Shown here piece after piece: positions 1-11,568 of a DNA stretch of 64,000 nt. Both the position numbers and the translations under genes were made by a program. The stretch spans positions 8,804,001 to 8,868,000 of the forward strand of contig CP110439.1 of assembly GCA_026914245.1 (NCBI GenBank), given 5' to 3'. Source of the DNA: Puccinia triticina (Eukaryota). The notes under the pieces were generated by a model. It was given only the letters and a program-made list of their open reading frames with translations, did not search any database and was not told the origin of the DNA. The stretch's first letter is position 1; each line of letters starts with the position of its first letter.

Positions 1-427
1 AGGACTGATAGACAGCCCCAAGGAAGGTTGAGCAAGAATTGTGGGGTTGTAAAACTCAAGCATAGCCCTACTGGTTCGAGCCGAGCAAGCCGACGTCGGT
101 TCAACCACTGCTGTGTGCCAGCAGACGTCGCGTGGCCCCCGCCGCGTGTCAGCCGAGCGAACTGGCGGCCAACAAACTTAAGGGCCTGTACCATACAAAA
201 TCTGTTTTTCTTGCGCAAGGGAAAAAGGTTTTTTTTTGTGCTTTTCTGATTTTTCAAAAAACACATATTTGGAAAAACAGATGTTGATAAACGTGTACCA
301 CAACTGTCACTTCAGACTGCAGAATATCCGCACTCCTCTGCCATCCATCTCCATCATCAAAACCCAAGTCATCAATCCAGAATACCCAAATCGACCAACA
401 GATCATCCAACCATTACACATACAACC

Positions 428-1710
428 ATGGACAACAAGCTGTTTGCAACACTTGCGGCCGCCGCCACATCAATCATGGAGATGAACAACGTCTTGCTTT
501 CAGTCGCCGCCGCCGGGGTTGCTTGCAAATACCTCGGAAGCATTTGGAATACATACGCGGCATACTATGGCGATGGTGGGCAAGCCAGGTACACTCGCTT
601 CCTACTAGACGAAGTCAGACCTGAACTTTTTCGCGAAATAACTCGAATGGAACGTTCCACATTCAACAATCTTGTTGAAGAGTTGACGATGAATGGTCTG
701 CTTAAGAATGGAAGGTCAGTCTTGGTCGAAGAGCAGGTCCTCATCTTCTTGGATATTGTTTGTTACAACAACAGCATGCGCCAGACGGCAGTCAAATTTC
801 GACGTGGTTTGTTCACTGTTACCCGGTGAGATAGATTTTTGCTTCTTCTTGACCTTTGGTTTGAGTCATTAAAAATCTAACAAAGATGCCTTCAATCTGC
901 TACTTTGGAATTGTGCTCAACTCGTTGGTAGCAATCTATCCAAACTATGTAAAGTTTGACATGGATTCATGCAATCAGCCCGAAGAAATTGCACAAAACC
1001 CAAAGTACCAACCATTCAAGAACGCACTAGGAGCACTTGACGGAGTATTTATCCCAGCGACAGTACCAGCAGAGTCTCAAAGCCCCTGGCGAAATCGGAA
1101 GCATTTCATCGCCCAGAATGTCCTCGCCGCGGTAAATTTCAACTTTGAGTTTGTCTATGTACTCGCTGGTTGGGAAGGAAGTGCCCACAACACTCGAGTG
1201 TTTAACAATGCGACTTCGAAAGGCCTTAACATACCTCAAAAGAAATATTTTCTTGCCGACGCCGGATATGGCCTTTGACAAGGTTTGATGACACCTTTTC
1301 GAGGCACCCGATACCACCTGGAAGAACAGGCTGCGGCAGGACTCAGGCCAGCTAACAAAAAAGAACTTTACAACTTATGACATGCTAGCCTACGGAATAT
1401 TGTCGAGCGCATCTTTGGATGCATCAAGAGAAAATTCTTGATCCTCCAATCTGCCCCCGAGATCAAACTAAAGAAACAGGTCCGATTAGTCTACGCACTC
1501 TGCATGCTGTGGAACTATATCCGCAGTCATGAGAGTGTCAATAATCTGTTTGACGATCCTGAGGAAGATGCGCGAACGCTTTTGCGCACACAGATGGGGG
1601 AAGATGAATCATTTGATGTCACCGAGGAGGATTCAATAATGAAGCATCGACGGGAGCGACTGGCCAAAAAGCTTTGGGATCAATATGTAGCCTACAAAAG
1701 ATCTGCTTAG
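428..1710 (+). pseudogene. Harbinger (HARBI1-like, DDE_Tnp_4) transposase pseudogene
   Basis: Motifs GALDGVFI, QNVLAA, AGWEGSAHN (normally HD), FLADAGY and YNL*HASLRNIVERIFGCIKRKF. In-frame TGA at 1276 and 1378. Intron donor GTGAG at 826; the expected acceptor near 899 looks mutated (TCTG). Confidence 0.88.
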
Positions 1711-2225
1711 ATGTCAACCTCCCTGCAATATTATCACACGCTCCTTCCCTCATCAAAGTTTTTTTTCTTTTGTGTTCCACACTGTCTCTCTCAAAAGTGG
1801 CTACACTTCTATTTTGAGAATTCCAACAATGTTATTTTCAAGTGCAGTCAACTTCCAAAAAACTTATGGTTGTCGGGTGTGGTTCAAATTTGTCAGAATG
1901 AAAGAGAAACACAACCAGAATAAGTTGAGGTGATGGAAAATATGATAAAACCAAGATCAGAAGGGGAACCGCAGGATTGTTGAGATCAAGCTTTGGATGT
2001 CAATAGATTAGGTCGTTCTAAGTTGATAGGTTGTTCAATGGCTGCCAAACACAATCATAGCTGAACAAATTCCGAGCCGAGCTGAGCACAATCCAAGCCA
2101 AGCTGAACACAATTGGAGTTATTAAGCTGAGCCAAGCTGAACACAATCGGAGCTGCTAAGCTGAGCCAAGCAAATGGATCAGCCAGTGCCAAAATGACAG
2201 GTGTCCAATAATTCAAGCTTACATT

Positions 2226-3395
2226 TTACTTTTTCTTTGCCTCCTCAACCTTCTTTTCGAGCCATAGCTGGCAAACTTCATCATTCGAGGTACGGCAGAG
2301 GGAAAGGAATGTGTGGGCCTTGCTCTTGTTCTCAAGTACCAATGCAAACTCGATGTAGGTTTCATTCAAGACTTGTCCCAAGTATTGGTCAGCACATTCT
2401 TGAAGTGCAACGTCCAAAACAGTAGGTTCGCTCGGAGTAATGGCGGAGGTAGATGGATTGCTGGGTTTTTGATTGGTAAGGGCTGAGGCAATCTTGTAGA
2501 ATTCACCCACAAGACTTTTTGAGTTTTCTGATACGGTATTTATTGCGCTGCTGATGCTTTCCATCTCGCTTTTGATGAGAGCATTCTTGGATTCACGGAC
2601 CCGTTTGGTCATGTTCAAACCAGCTGTTTTGAGTGATGATTTGACTTCAATATCAACATCGCTACCGCTGTCATCATCACTGAGAGTTACAATCTTTCTT
2701 TTGACCGAAGTGAGTTTTGCGGCTTCAGTGGTAGTTGGAAAAAGCTTGGAAGTCGCTATTTCTCCAGTTGCAGCCTTGCCCAAAAAAACACTATTGGCGA
2801 GATCATACACCAGAAAAGGTTTGTCCTTGAGTTTTCCAAAGTTTCGACGTGGATGAGCCGTTATCAACTCTTCCCACACGGTTTTGTCCGCGGTGACAGT
2901 GCCTCGAGCTTCGTCCCAACCAAATCCACTTTGATCTCGAAGGAATTTGTAGTCAAGGTATAGTGTTCGGAGCGCATTTTTTTGGTTCTTGATTTGATCA
3001 AGACTGAGAGTGAGGCTATACTTTTTATTCAACACATCTCGGACAACAGACCATGCTTCTTTCTTCAAGTTGCCGTTGTCAGTTTCATGGCCGGCCGCAT
3101 ATTGCGTGGCAATGGACTCAAGAAGGCACATCTTCTGATTGGTGGTCCAAATATGGTTGGGAGTTTTTGAATCACTTTCGTTGTCTTTTTTGGGTTCAGC
3201 TGACTTCTTCTTTGGCTTTGCTTTTTGAGTTGCCTTCTTGGGATCAGAATTCTGTTGGGGCTGGACTGTGGATTTGGACATTGGAGCCGGTGTTGGTGGC
3301 GAGTTTGGAGATCTGGGTTCTGATGAGAGTTGTGGTGGGATGGTGTCCTTAAGGACAACTGGATCAATGAGATCAAGAGTGATGGACTTTGGCAT
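2226..3395 (-). CDS. Myb/SANT-like DNA-binding protein of the Harbinger element
   Basis: Uninterrupted ORF with WTTNQKMCLLE...GNLKKEAW...QIKNQ...SGFGWDEARGTVTADKTVWEEL, typical of Harbinger ORF2 (Myb_DNA-bind_3-like). Confidence 0.85.
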   Translation of the reverse strand: MPKSITLDLIDPVVLKDTIPPQLSSEPRSPNSPPTPAPMSKSTVQPQQNSDPKKATQKAKPKKKSAEPKKDNESDSKTPNHIWTTNQKMCLLESIATQYAAGHETDNGNLKKEAWSVVRDVLNKKYSLTLSLDQIKNQKNALRTLYLDYKFLRDQSGFGWDEARGTVTADKTVWEELITAHPRRNFGKLKDKPFLVYDLANSVFLGKAATGEIATSKLFPTTTEAAKLTSVKRKIVTLSDDDSGSDVDIEVKSSLKTAGLNMTKRVRESKNALIKSEMESISSAINTVSENSKSLVGEFYKIASALTNQKPSNPSTSAITPSEPTVLDVALQECADQYLGQVLNETYIEFALVLENKSKAHTFLSLCRTSNDEVCQLWLEKKVEEAKKK

Positions 3396-4049
3396 CTGCA
3401 GAGGGTGCGGAAAAATAGAGGTCAAAAAACAGGGTCAGACCTGTTTTTGAAAAGCACCCATTTTTGAGGAAAACTATTTTCCGGATATGTCAAAAAACAG
3501 GCGCTGTGGTACACATTTTTTGGTGAAAACAGTTTTTTTGCCAAAAAATTAATTTCTGGGGGAAAAACTGTTTTTTGACCGGCTATGGTACAGGCCCTGA
3601 GTTGAGGGAGGGACTGGCAGATTACTGAAAATTTTGGGAATTTGGCAAAAAATCAAGTTCCTCCTGTGCCAACATTCACCGCTTGCGGGCAAGTCCCTCC
3701 TGCGGAGGTCGTGTTAAGTTCGGACTGCTTCCTGTGGCGGGATGGCGAGTGGATCGAGCCCAAGGAGCTTGCCCCGCCCCACCAGGTCCGCTCGCTCGTC
3801 TTCCCCGCCCCGCTGAGCCTTGTCCTCGGCTACTCCACCGGCGACTACGCCTCCGTCACCCTCGTCGCCGTCCCCGCCAACAGCCGCGAGCCAATCAGCC
3901 ACACCCTCGCCGATCGCCGGCCTCCTCGCCCGCACCGACGCCCCCTCGCCCCTGCCCCACCCCTCGCTGAAAGCCGCCGGGCTCTCCAGCCTGGCATTGA
4001 AGACCCCCGGCCTCGCCGGAACACACAAAGTCGCCCGCAACGCCGTCCT

Positions 4050-4267
4050 CGGGCAGGTACATACCCGGGTGGGTACCCGCCCGATTTTTTTGAAAATAAG
4101 CGTGTTTGGTGCATTGAAAGCTGGCAGGTACCCGCGGGTACCCGCGATAAGTACCCGCCGCACCCCCCAGGCGGTGCCGGATGCGGTGCCGTGTGTTGGG
4201 TTTGGGCGAAAAAACGGGTGCGGTACCCGGGTCCCAAGGGGACCCGTGTCCACTGGGGCATTCCTTA
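4050..4267. mobile_element. GGGTACCCG-rich terminal region of a hAT-like non-autonomous element (one end only)
   Basis: Dense GGTACCCG motifs like those in the complete MITE at 16238-16662. Ends in GGGCATTCCTTA; no partner TIR found in the window. Confidence 0.4.
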
Positions 4268-4341
4268 ATCTATGCCATGTCACTACAAAAGACTACTACA
4301 TTACCTATATCTATTCCCCAACAGGATCTCCATCTGCATTT

Positions 4342-4421
4342 TCAGATTGGAGCTTCAAAAAATCTTCTCAATGTAGTTAACTCAGATTGGAGCTTCAACA
4401 GATCTTCTCAATGTAGTTAAC
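4342..4421. repeat. 40-bp tandem duplication (2 copies)
   Basis: TCAGATTGGAGCTTCAA(A/C)A(A/G)ATCTTCTCAATGTAGTTAAC at 4342 and 4382. Confidence 0.9.
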
Positions 4422-4889
4422 AGATATAATGTCTTGAATTAGTTCCGTTATTATGAACTATTGCATGTTTCTCTAGGTTGTGTAGCGGAAGGTTGAAATG
4501 CCAAGCAAAAGAGCATTGGTTTTCTCTGTGAATGCATATGTGCAGTGCTAGACCAGGCTCTTCGCCGTGTTTCGGTGTCCGGGGCTTGACCGCGACTTTT
4601 CTGGACTTCTTGCCGTAATAAAATGAAAACAATTACACTTTTTGATTAGTTTGAGAATTAGTATCGCAATCAGGGTCCCCTTAAGCCCTTACAGTGTGCT
4701 CTTAAACATGACCAAGCCGCGGGAAGCTCCGCTGTCAGTTTCCCGGATCAAGCATAAATCAGGACGTCATCCCTCGCCAGGATGTCTTACATAAACTTAC
4801 CGAAAATGGTAAGTAAGTTATGTAAGTTGGCAAGCCTCTTCTTCAACTCGTCCTCCGCTTCTCTTTGTTTCTACTACACATCATCCACC

Positions 4890-7277
4890 ATGGATTTCTA
4901 CCCCCGGCTGTCGATCCTCGAGCGCAGGAAGAACTTGACGGCCTCCAAGGCATTCGACCAGCTCATCGACTACCTCGAGAAATCACCCGCCGACCTGGAC
5001 CCTGCCTTCAGAAGATCGTCCATCAGGATCATCATCTTGGATCTCGCCGCCCATCTCTCTGGGAGGACGGACTGGTCGACTGAGAGCAAGCCATTCGTCC
5101 CTCCCCAATGCTCATATATATGGTTATCTAACCTCTGACTTCGCTGTCCCTCAACAGCTACCTTGCGCGCACTCGTGACTTTGAAACTGCTTGGTCGTTC
5201 CTCAATCGCCACCGATGACCTGGTCTCCCATCTACCACTCTTCACGCGTTATGCCAACCTACTCCCACCACTCTCTCCCCAATCTGACGATCCGAAATCA
5301 ACGACGATCCGCTCTGCCTTCTGCCCGTCGATCGTTCAGGAGTCGCTGCGCATCCTGGCAAACGCCCTCTTCTTACACCCGCTCTCCAGGTCGTCCGTGG
5401 ATCTCCTACCCGCCTTGAGCTCCCTGGTCGAACTCGCCGCCGGTCCATCCGATAGACCTCCTCATCCGGACCCCCAACCTACTGCCGATCATCCCGATCA
5501 CCATCTCAACTCATTCCTTGCCTCCAGGGCCATCTTCCTCATCACCGCCGTGCCCTCCAACCTGGTGATCGAGTTGATTGAGAAGACAGACTTGGTCGGC
5601 TGCTTTGAACGGTCCTTCAAGCACGAAGTCCTCCAGAAGAAGAGCAAGCCACATCCACTTTCCATTCCATCCATCCCTCAGGACGTGCTCATCGAACATC
5701 TCAAGATCATCTTCAACCTCATGGTTCATTACTCTAAAGCTGTCCTACAGTTTGGCCAGCCTAGCTCGCCCATAACCGGACAAACTCCATTCGGGACCTC
5801 TTCAGATTCCAATGGTTCCCACGATCTACCGGCCTCTCCTAGTCGTCGGGCGAGTCTGAAAGCGCGCCTTATGAATCAAATCAACATGAAAAAGATCACC
5901 CGCCGAGCACGCTCTGGAACATCGAGTATCAAAGAACAGGAAGCCCTCAATGAGATATCCACATACCACGATGACCATCGTCCCATTCATATCAAGAACG
6001 CCCATTCGCCTCATCGTCGCTCTCACTCAAAAGCTAGCAGTCGGGTACCAAGCGTAGATCAGGACTTGGAAGCTCTGGATAGTGTCACCGACCCACACAA
6101 CCATATCTTTGCTGGGTCTGTAATCTGCTCACTCATTTTTCTAGTCGTGTACTCACTGATCCTTCTCAAATCTTCTACTCTATCCTTTTCCCAGTCTTCT
6201 TCCTCATCTCGTTCAGTTATTTCTGCTAGAACCAGTTCCCAGTCCACCCAACCTGAAGCCCCCGTTGACTTCCTTCATGCACACCTTCCTCAACTTCTCC
6301 CCCTCGACGTCGAGCTTCTTCATCCATGAATACACCCTATCAGACGAGTCGAATCGGGAGATGGACATCCCACCGGTGATCGCTAAACTGATCAGCATCA
6401 TCGATCAGGTCACTCACTACTACTGCCCTGGAGATCCTGACGACCGATCGGTGAAAGAAAAGTGCCACGCAGACTCTATGGATCTCGACGTCGATCTCAC
6501 TCAGGTCATCCTCTTGACCGCCAACCTCATCTCTCCTCATCCCTCCGGGCCCACTGGACTCAACAAACAGAGCCGGGAAGCACTGATCGAGAAGATCGTC
6601 CCAAGTGCGATCGATCGTGGGGTTGGTTTAAATAAACAGGATAATTTGATTGGTCGGATCTTGAGATTGATGAACTCGATCAGATTCGAAGCCCTCAAGC
6701 ATACATGTGGAGCCTTCTTGAATGCACTATATGCAGAGGACAGTAAGTCAATTCATTCGTTGTTTGTTTCGCCGGGTGATCATTCTTCCAATCTCTTCTA
6801 GAGAATTGGGCTGACAGACAATCGGTGCCGGATTCAATGTAATTTTGTCTGCCCTCAGCCGATCGGCTTTCGAGTCACGTTGGATATGGACCCCTTGCGG
6901 GCTACTTCCTTTCGATCGGCAAGGCGGGGATAAATCCGGATAGCAAGCATTCACCTGCGGCGGAAGTGAATCCGATCACGGGAACGTACTGGCCGAGTGG
7001 GGAATCGAGTGACCGGGCCGAGCCGGCGATGAGCGATTTGGAGAAGGAGCAGGAGGCTGAACGGATGTGTTCTCTATTTGACCGGATGAATCGGGGCGGG
7101 GTGATCACCGCGCCCGACCCAAGGAAGTTGGCCGTCGAATCGGGGAGGTTCCAGGAGATCGAACAGTCCGTTGATGCCAAAGAAGACCAAAAAGAGAGAC
7201 TAGAGGAAATCAAAGCGCTCAAAGACTTTCAACTATACAAAGATAAGAAAAAGAATAAGAAGAGTGTTGATCAATAG
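4890..7277 (+). CDS. RIC8: Ric8/synembryn G-alpha guanine nucleotide exchange factor and chaperone (about 4 exons)
   Basis: Spliced reading gives ESLRILANALFL, LIGRILRLMNS, HVGYGPLAGYFL, NPITG and MSDLEKEQEAERMCSLFDRMNRGGVI, the hallmark Ric8 C-terminal motifs. Introns at about 5086-5157, 6116-6194 and 6743-6858. Confidence 0.9.
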
Positions 7278-8262
7278 CACGTTTTTCTTTCTCTACCGCA
7301 AGTTCATTTTGTCAACTTACTCACCTATCGTTTTTTTTTTTCTTCTTAAATCGTCGTTAAGAGATAATCATGAGGCTTTGAAGTTTAAACTCGTTGTTAA
7401 TCACCACCTAATCACCCAGATCCGCCTAATTACTATTTTTTTACTCCCCCCTCCCCAAACCACCAGCTAATCATGTAAAACGCCTAAGCATTTTTTCCCC
7501 TCTTGGTATCTTTCCCTGGATAGACAATTATTTCTGCATCAGGCTCTATTTTCAGTTGTGGCTCTGATGATTCCTAATGTTTTTTTTCTTTTTCCATGCT
7601 GGATTCTGTTAGCCAGCATCTCTCTTTTTTCTTTCTTTGACCACTATGTTGTGTCGTCGTTGATTCGGCGAGCTGATGATGAAGGAAAGGAAAGTGTCCA
7701 CATCAATTGTTATTATGTTTTACTTTGTCTCGGCAAGCCGCTCAAGAGCCCCAATTGCATCCAGGAGACAGCCCTGTTGCAAGGTGGCCCAGGGCCAGGG
7801 CAAACTTAGCCAAGTCCCTCCTGGGCGCAAAGCAAATCTGAAATGAATAATGATGATGAAAATTTGGAAGAAAGTTCATTCTATGTGGTTTAAAAGATGC
7901 TTGGAGTGAGTCATTCATCAGCACATCTGACATTCTGGCACTGCAATGTCCCCATTTTGACTGCAGATTGTCCACCCCCCAAGCTAAGCATTTTTTGGGT
8001 CACATTTTATTTATTTATTATCATTTTTTTCATTTTCCATACTTGCGTTCTTTCTATTCACCTTTCTCTGAAAAAAAAAGAGCTTGCAAGAAAAAGTTGT
8101 GTTGTTTGATTTTTGGAGTTACTTTGCGCACAGAAGTGATGTTAAGTCAACGGAAATTCCCGTGCGCAACAAGTTTCCCTCCATGTGCAAAGTAAATCTG
8201 TTGATTTTTTGTAACTTTGTTTCTTAATTTTATTTTTTCATATTAATATTTGGAAGCTTATA

Positions 8263-8545
8263 CTGTTCAAACCAAGGAGGCAAAATTGGAGAGCACAGTA
8301 TGGCATGCAACAGGAATGATAAAAAAGGGAAAATTTTGAAACCATTGCCAATGATTTTTTTGGTGGATGGGTTATCCACCAATTTCAAATTGAGCTCAGG
8401 GACTGTAGCCCAAATCACCACCAATTGGACTCAATTTATTTGATCCAATAAAAATAATTGTCAATGGTTTCAAAAAATTTCATTTTTATCATTCCTGTTG
8501 CATGCCATACTGTGCTCTCCAATTTTGCCTCCTTGGTTTGAACAT
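8263..8545. mobile_element. Foldback MITE with TIRs of about 90 bp and TA TSD (Tc1/mariner-type)
   Basis: TGTTCAAACCAAGGAGGCAAAATTGGAGAGCACAGTATGGCATGCAACAGGAATGATAAAAA at 8264 and its reverse complement ending at 8544. TA on both flanks, with one terminal mismatch. Confidence 0.85.
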
Positions 8546-8739
8546 TAATGAAAATTCTGAGAAATTGGCAAGAAATTAGAAATTTTCCACATTTTTATTT
8601 ATTTTATTTTTATTTCATAATCATTCTTGGGAACTTCTTTTCCACCCCTGTAGCAAATGTAATGACTTGAAGTCTGTGGCCTGAGCTTTTGCATTGAAAA
8701 ATATGATGCCAAAAACATTGGATGACCCACTGTACATAT

Positions 8740-9285
8740 ACTCAGATCCCTGCATCCCTAGTCCAGCAGAGAACTGCATCACATTCTCTCCTGGCTAGCC
8801 CCTTGAGAAGTAAAAGCCACCAGTTGGACTAGAAGGTTCCCCAGGTCCTGGCCTTGCCTCTTTTCTCTGTTGTACCCAGTGAGGGTTCACAGAAAACTTA
8901 CAGAAATTTCAGACAAAGAAGACAAGGAAGAAGCTTCAGAATTTCCAGAAAAGAAAGAATTGTCAGAAGATTTGGAAGAGGAAGAACAACCAGCACCAAA
9001 GAAGAAATTCCACCCAATCAAGAAAGGCAAAAGTCTCCCTCCTTCACTGGCAGAAGTTTGTCACCAACCATGAATTCCTGAAAAAAAACCTGACAAAGAG
9101 CCTCCAGAAGCTCTCCCTTTTATACAGTCACTCCTGCCTTTAATTCAATATAGTACTTGCAAAGCCTTAAAACTCAAAAAGGACAGTCACTGTGGATTTA
9201 GCAGTTGCTTGGTCTTTAGGACGTGGCCAGGGAAATTATATGAAGATTTGGGGAGAACACATTGAAGAAATCAAAGGCTGATTTT
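8740..9285 (+). pseudogene. Degraded MULE-associated fragment with OTU-like motif
   Basis: About 9180-9250 reads D-S-H-C-G-F-(frameshift)-A-V-A-W-S-L-G-R-G-Q-G-N-Y-M-K-I, resembling the OTU DGHCGFRAVA motif of fungal and plant Mutator ORFs. Cut by the TIR at 9288. Confidence 0.45.
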
Positions 9286-10204
9286 CAGGGTGTAAATGGG
9301 TTAGGCCACCCCAAAAATCAACCCAAGACCCGTTGGGTTTTGGGTTGGGTTTGGGCATGTTCTTAAAGAAAATGACATGACCCACAACTTACCCAACCCA
9401 ACTTGTAAATATTGAGCTTGTGAATAAAATTTCATAAAACCAAGAACCAGAACTGAAGAGCAAAAGAGGTAAGAGTAAAATCACAAGATAAAAGAAGTAA
9501 GGAAAACAACAAACCCTGAGGTGGAATAAGTAATATAAGATGGACAACCAAGATGAAGAGGACAGGACAAAGACTGAGAGCGCAGTGAGTTAGTTGGGTG
9601 TGTGTTGTGGATTGAGAGAAGAAGATGAAAAAAGCAGGAAGACACAGGACAGGAGCTAGACAAAGTGGACAAAGAGCAGAGTGTAAAAACAAAAATAGTT
9701 GAACTAAAAGAGAAAAAGGAAACAGGTGAGTGATGCCAATTGAAGGCAGGAAGATGAAGATTGATTGGTTTGTATTATTCACCAAGTTTGAATTGAGGAA
9801 TTGAGCACTGTTGGAGTTGTTCTTGAGTACAGCTGTAGCAGCTTTTGGATCAGAGATCTTGAGGGTGAAATTAATCAGAGAAGAGATTGAGAAAGTTAGT
9901 CTGATTGCAATTACAATGATAGTTTGTGAAGGAGAGTTGAGAAATGGTGATTAGGTTAAACTTGATGAAATCAAACAGAGATGCAGCAGGAGAGTGTGGC
10001 ACAACAAGAGACAGAGCAAGAGTGTGGCTCAGCGCGCCACACGAGTTCCAAAAGTAAAATTGTTGGGTTGGGTTTGGGCAGCCTATTTTCTAATTGGGTC
10101 AGCCTGCAGCACAAATATGACTCCTCCAACAGTCAAGTTGGGGGTTTTTGTCCCCTAATAGGTTGGGTCTGTTAAGATTTCAGCTCAAAAAGGGAAGGAC
10201 TATC

Positions 10205-10391
10205 TGTTATGAGCTGCACGCGCGCCGTACGCTATGTCACGCCTGGGACATGTTGTAGTTAGTACATGTCACAGCTCTCCACCCTAAGGGGGAGCGGAGG
10301 AGAGATCCCCAAACTCTCCTCATCTAGCAATCTACATAGTTTGCCGCTAGAGGCACGACCCGGTCCTTCTCCCTTAGAGCTGATCCTAACA
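10205..10391 (+). repeat. 5' LTR (187 bp) of the gypsy element
   Basis: TG...CA ends with short inverted termini TGTTA/TAACA, directly upstream of the primer site and gag. No second copy to confirm the boundaries. Confidence 0.7.
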
Positions 10392-10545
10392 TATTGCTAG
10401 ATCTCATTATAAATAAGGAACGAGGACCGACTAGAACCAAAAACCGAACCAGAAACCGAACCAGAAGAGACCGACTCGCTGGACCCAGACAGAACCAACC
10501 GAACAGACACGAACCAAGAAACCAACCTGAACCCCTGTAATCAAG

Positions 10546-11568
10546 ATGGACGCCGCCGCCGTCGCCGCACTACAACAACAACTGGCCGACTTGATGGCCG
10601 TCGTCAATGAAGAACGCGGCCTCCGTCAACGAGCCGAAGCCGCCAGACAAGAGGCCGAGAACGCCCGCCAAGCAGCCGAAGCCGCCCGCCAGCAAGCCGA
10701 GAACGCCCAACCTCCTCCGGACGCCCAGGCAGCAGCCAACATACCAGGAGCCCAGCAACCTATTCGAGCGCCGAAGATCGGCGTGCCAGACAAATACGAC
10801 GGCTCTCGTGGCGTTAAAGCGGAGGTCTATGCGAGCCAAGTCAGCCTGTACATCCTTGCGAACGTTGCCGCCTTTCCGGACGACAGGTCGAGGATCATCT
10901 TTGCGCTCTCGTATCTGACTGGACAGGCGAGTAGTTGGGCTCAACCTTGGATGCACAAGATTTGCGACAACCAAGCGGCCACCTACGCCGAATTCACGGC
11001 GGCGTTTGAGAGCATGTTCTACGACACCGAGAAGCAAAGCAAGGCCGAACGATCCCTACGACACTTGAAGCAGACCAAAACGGTGGGCCACTACACCCAC
11101 CAATTCCTCCTCTATGCTCACGACACGGGATGGGAACCGCGAACCCTGGTCGGCCTCTACACCCAGGGCCTAAAAAAGGAAGTCCGGGTGGCCCTGGTCC
11201 TGTCCCGCACTCAGTTCGATACCCTGGCTGCGGTTTCGAACTTGGCGCTCAAGATCGATAACGAGTTGAATGGGGTCGAGTCCAACAACGTCCCCTCGAC
11301 CTCGGCAGCGGACCCGGATGCGATGGACATTTCGGCGATACGAGGTCAATTGTCCGAATCCGAGAGGAGCCGTATGATGAGAGAGGGCTTGTGCTTTCGA
11401 TGCGGGAAGCAAGGACATCGATCACGCGAGTGCCCGGACAAGGGCAAAGGGAAGGGAGCGGTACGAGTGGCCGCAATGGAGGAACTGGACCAGTGGAGGA
11501 GCGGAGCGAAGCGGTTTGGAGAGGAGGGCACTGCGGAGGGGTCAAAAAAAGGCGGAGCTCGGGACTGA
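10546..11568 (+). CDS. gag: Gypsy Gag protein
   Basis: N-terminal coiled coil, PKIGVPDKYDG, retrotransposon gag core, CCHC knuckle CFRCGKQGHRSREC. Confidence 0.92.
   Translation: MDAAAVAALQQQLADLMAVVNEERGLRQRAEAARQEAENARQAAEAARQQAENAQPPPDAQAAANIPGAQQPIRAPKIGVPDKYDGSRGVKAEVYASQVSLYILANVAAFPDDRSRIIFALSYLTGQASSWAQPWMHKICDNQAATYAEFTAAFESMFYDTEKQSKAERSLRHLKQTKTVGHYTHQFLLYAHDTGWEPRTLVGLYTQGLKKEVRVALVLSRTQFDTLAAVSNLALKIDNELNGVESNNVPSTSAADPDAMDISAIRGQLSESERSRMMREGLCFRCGKQGHRSRECPDKGKGKGAVRVAAMEELDQWRSGAKRFGEEGTAEGSKKGGARD

Larger units (their letters stand above)
182..3597. mobile_element. PIF/Harbinger DNA transposon, two convergent genes, degraded
   Basis: Perfect 14-bp TIRs GGGCCTGTACCATA (182-195 and 3584-3597). 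Flanks are TAA and TGA (TNA-type TSD with one mismatch). Encloses a DDE_Tnp_4-like transposase and a Myb/SANT-like ORF tail-to-tail. Confidence 0.9.

Noticed and set aside
2058..2175. AAGCTGAGCCAAGCTGAAC repeats as a separate element
   Set aside because: Degenerate short repeats in the Harbinger intergenic spacer, with no termini of their own.
3642..4380. Several overlapping 130-208 aa ORFs on both strands
   Set aside because: Stop-poor GC-rich repeat DNA; only the 3722-3915 segment looks protein-like.
9432..9785. Hydrophobic ORF resembling a membrane protein
   Set aside because: Artefact of a purine-rich low-complexity tract read on the opposite strand.
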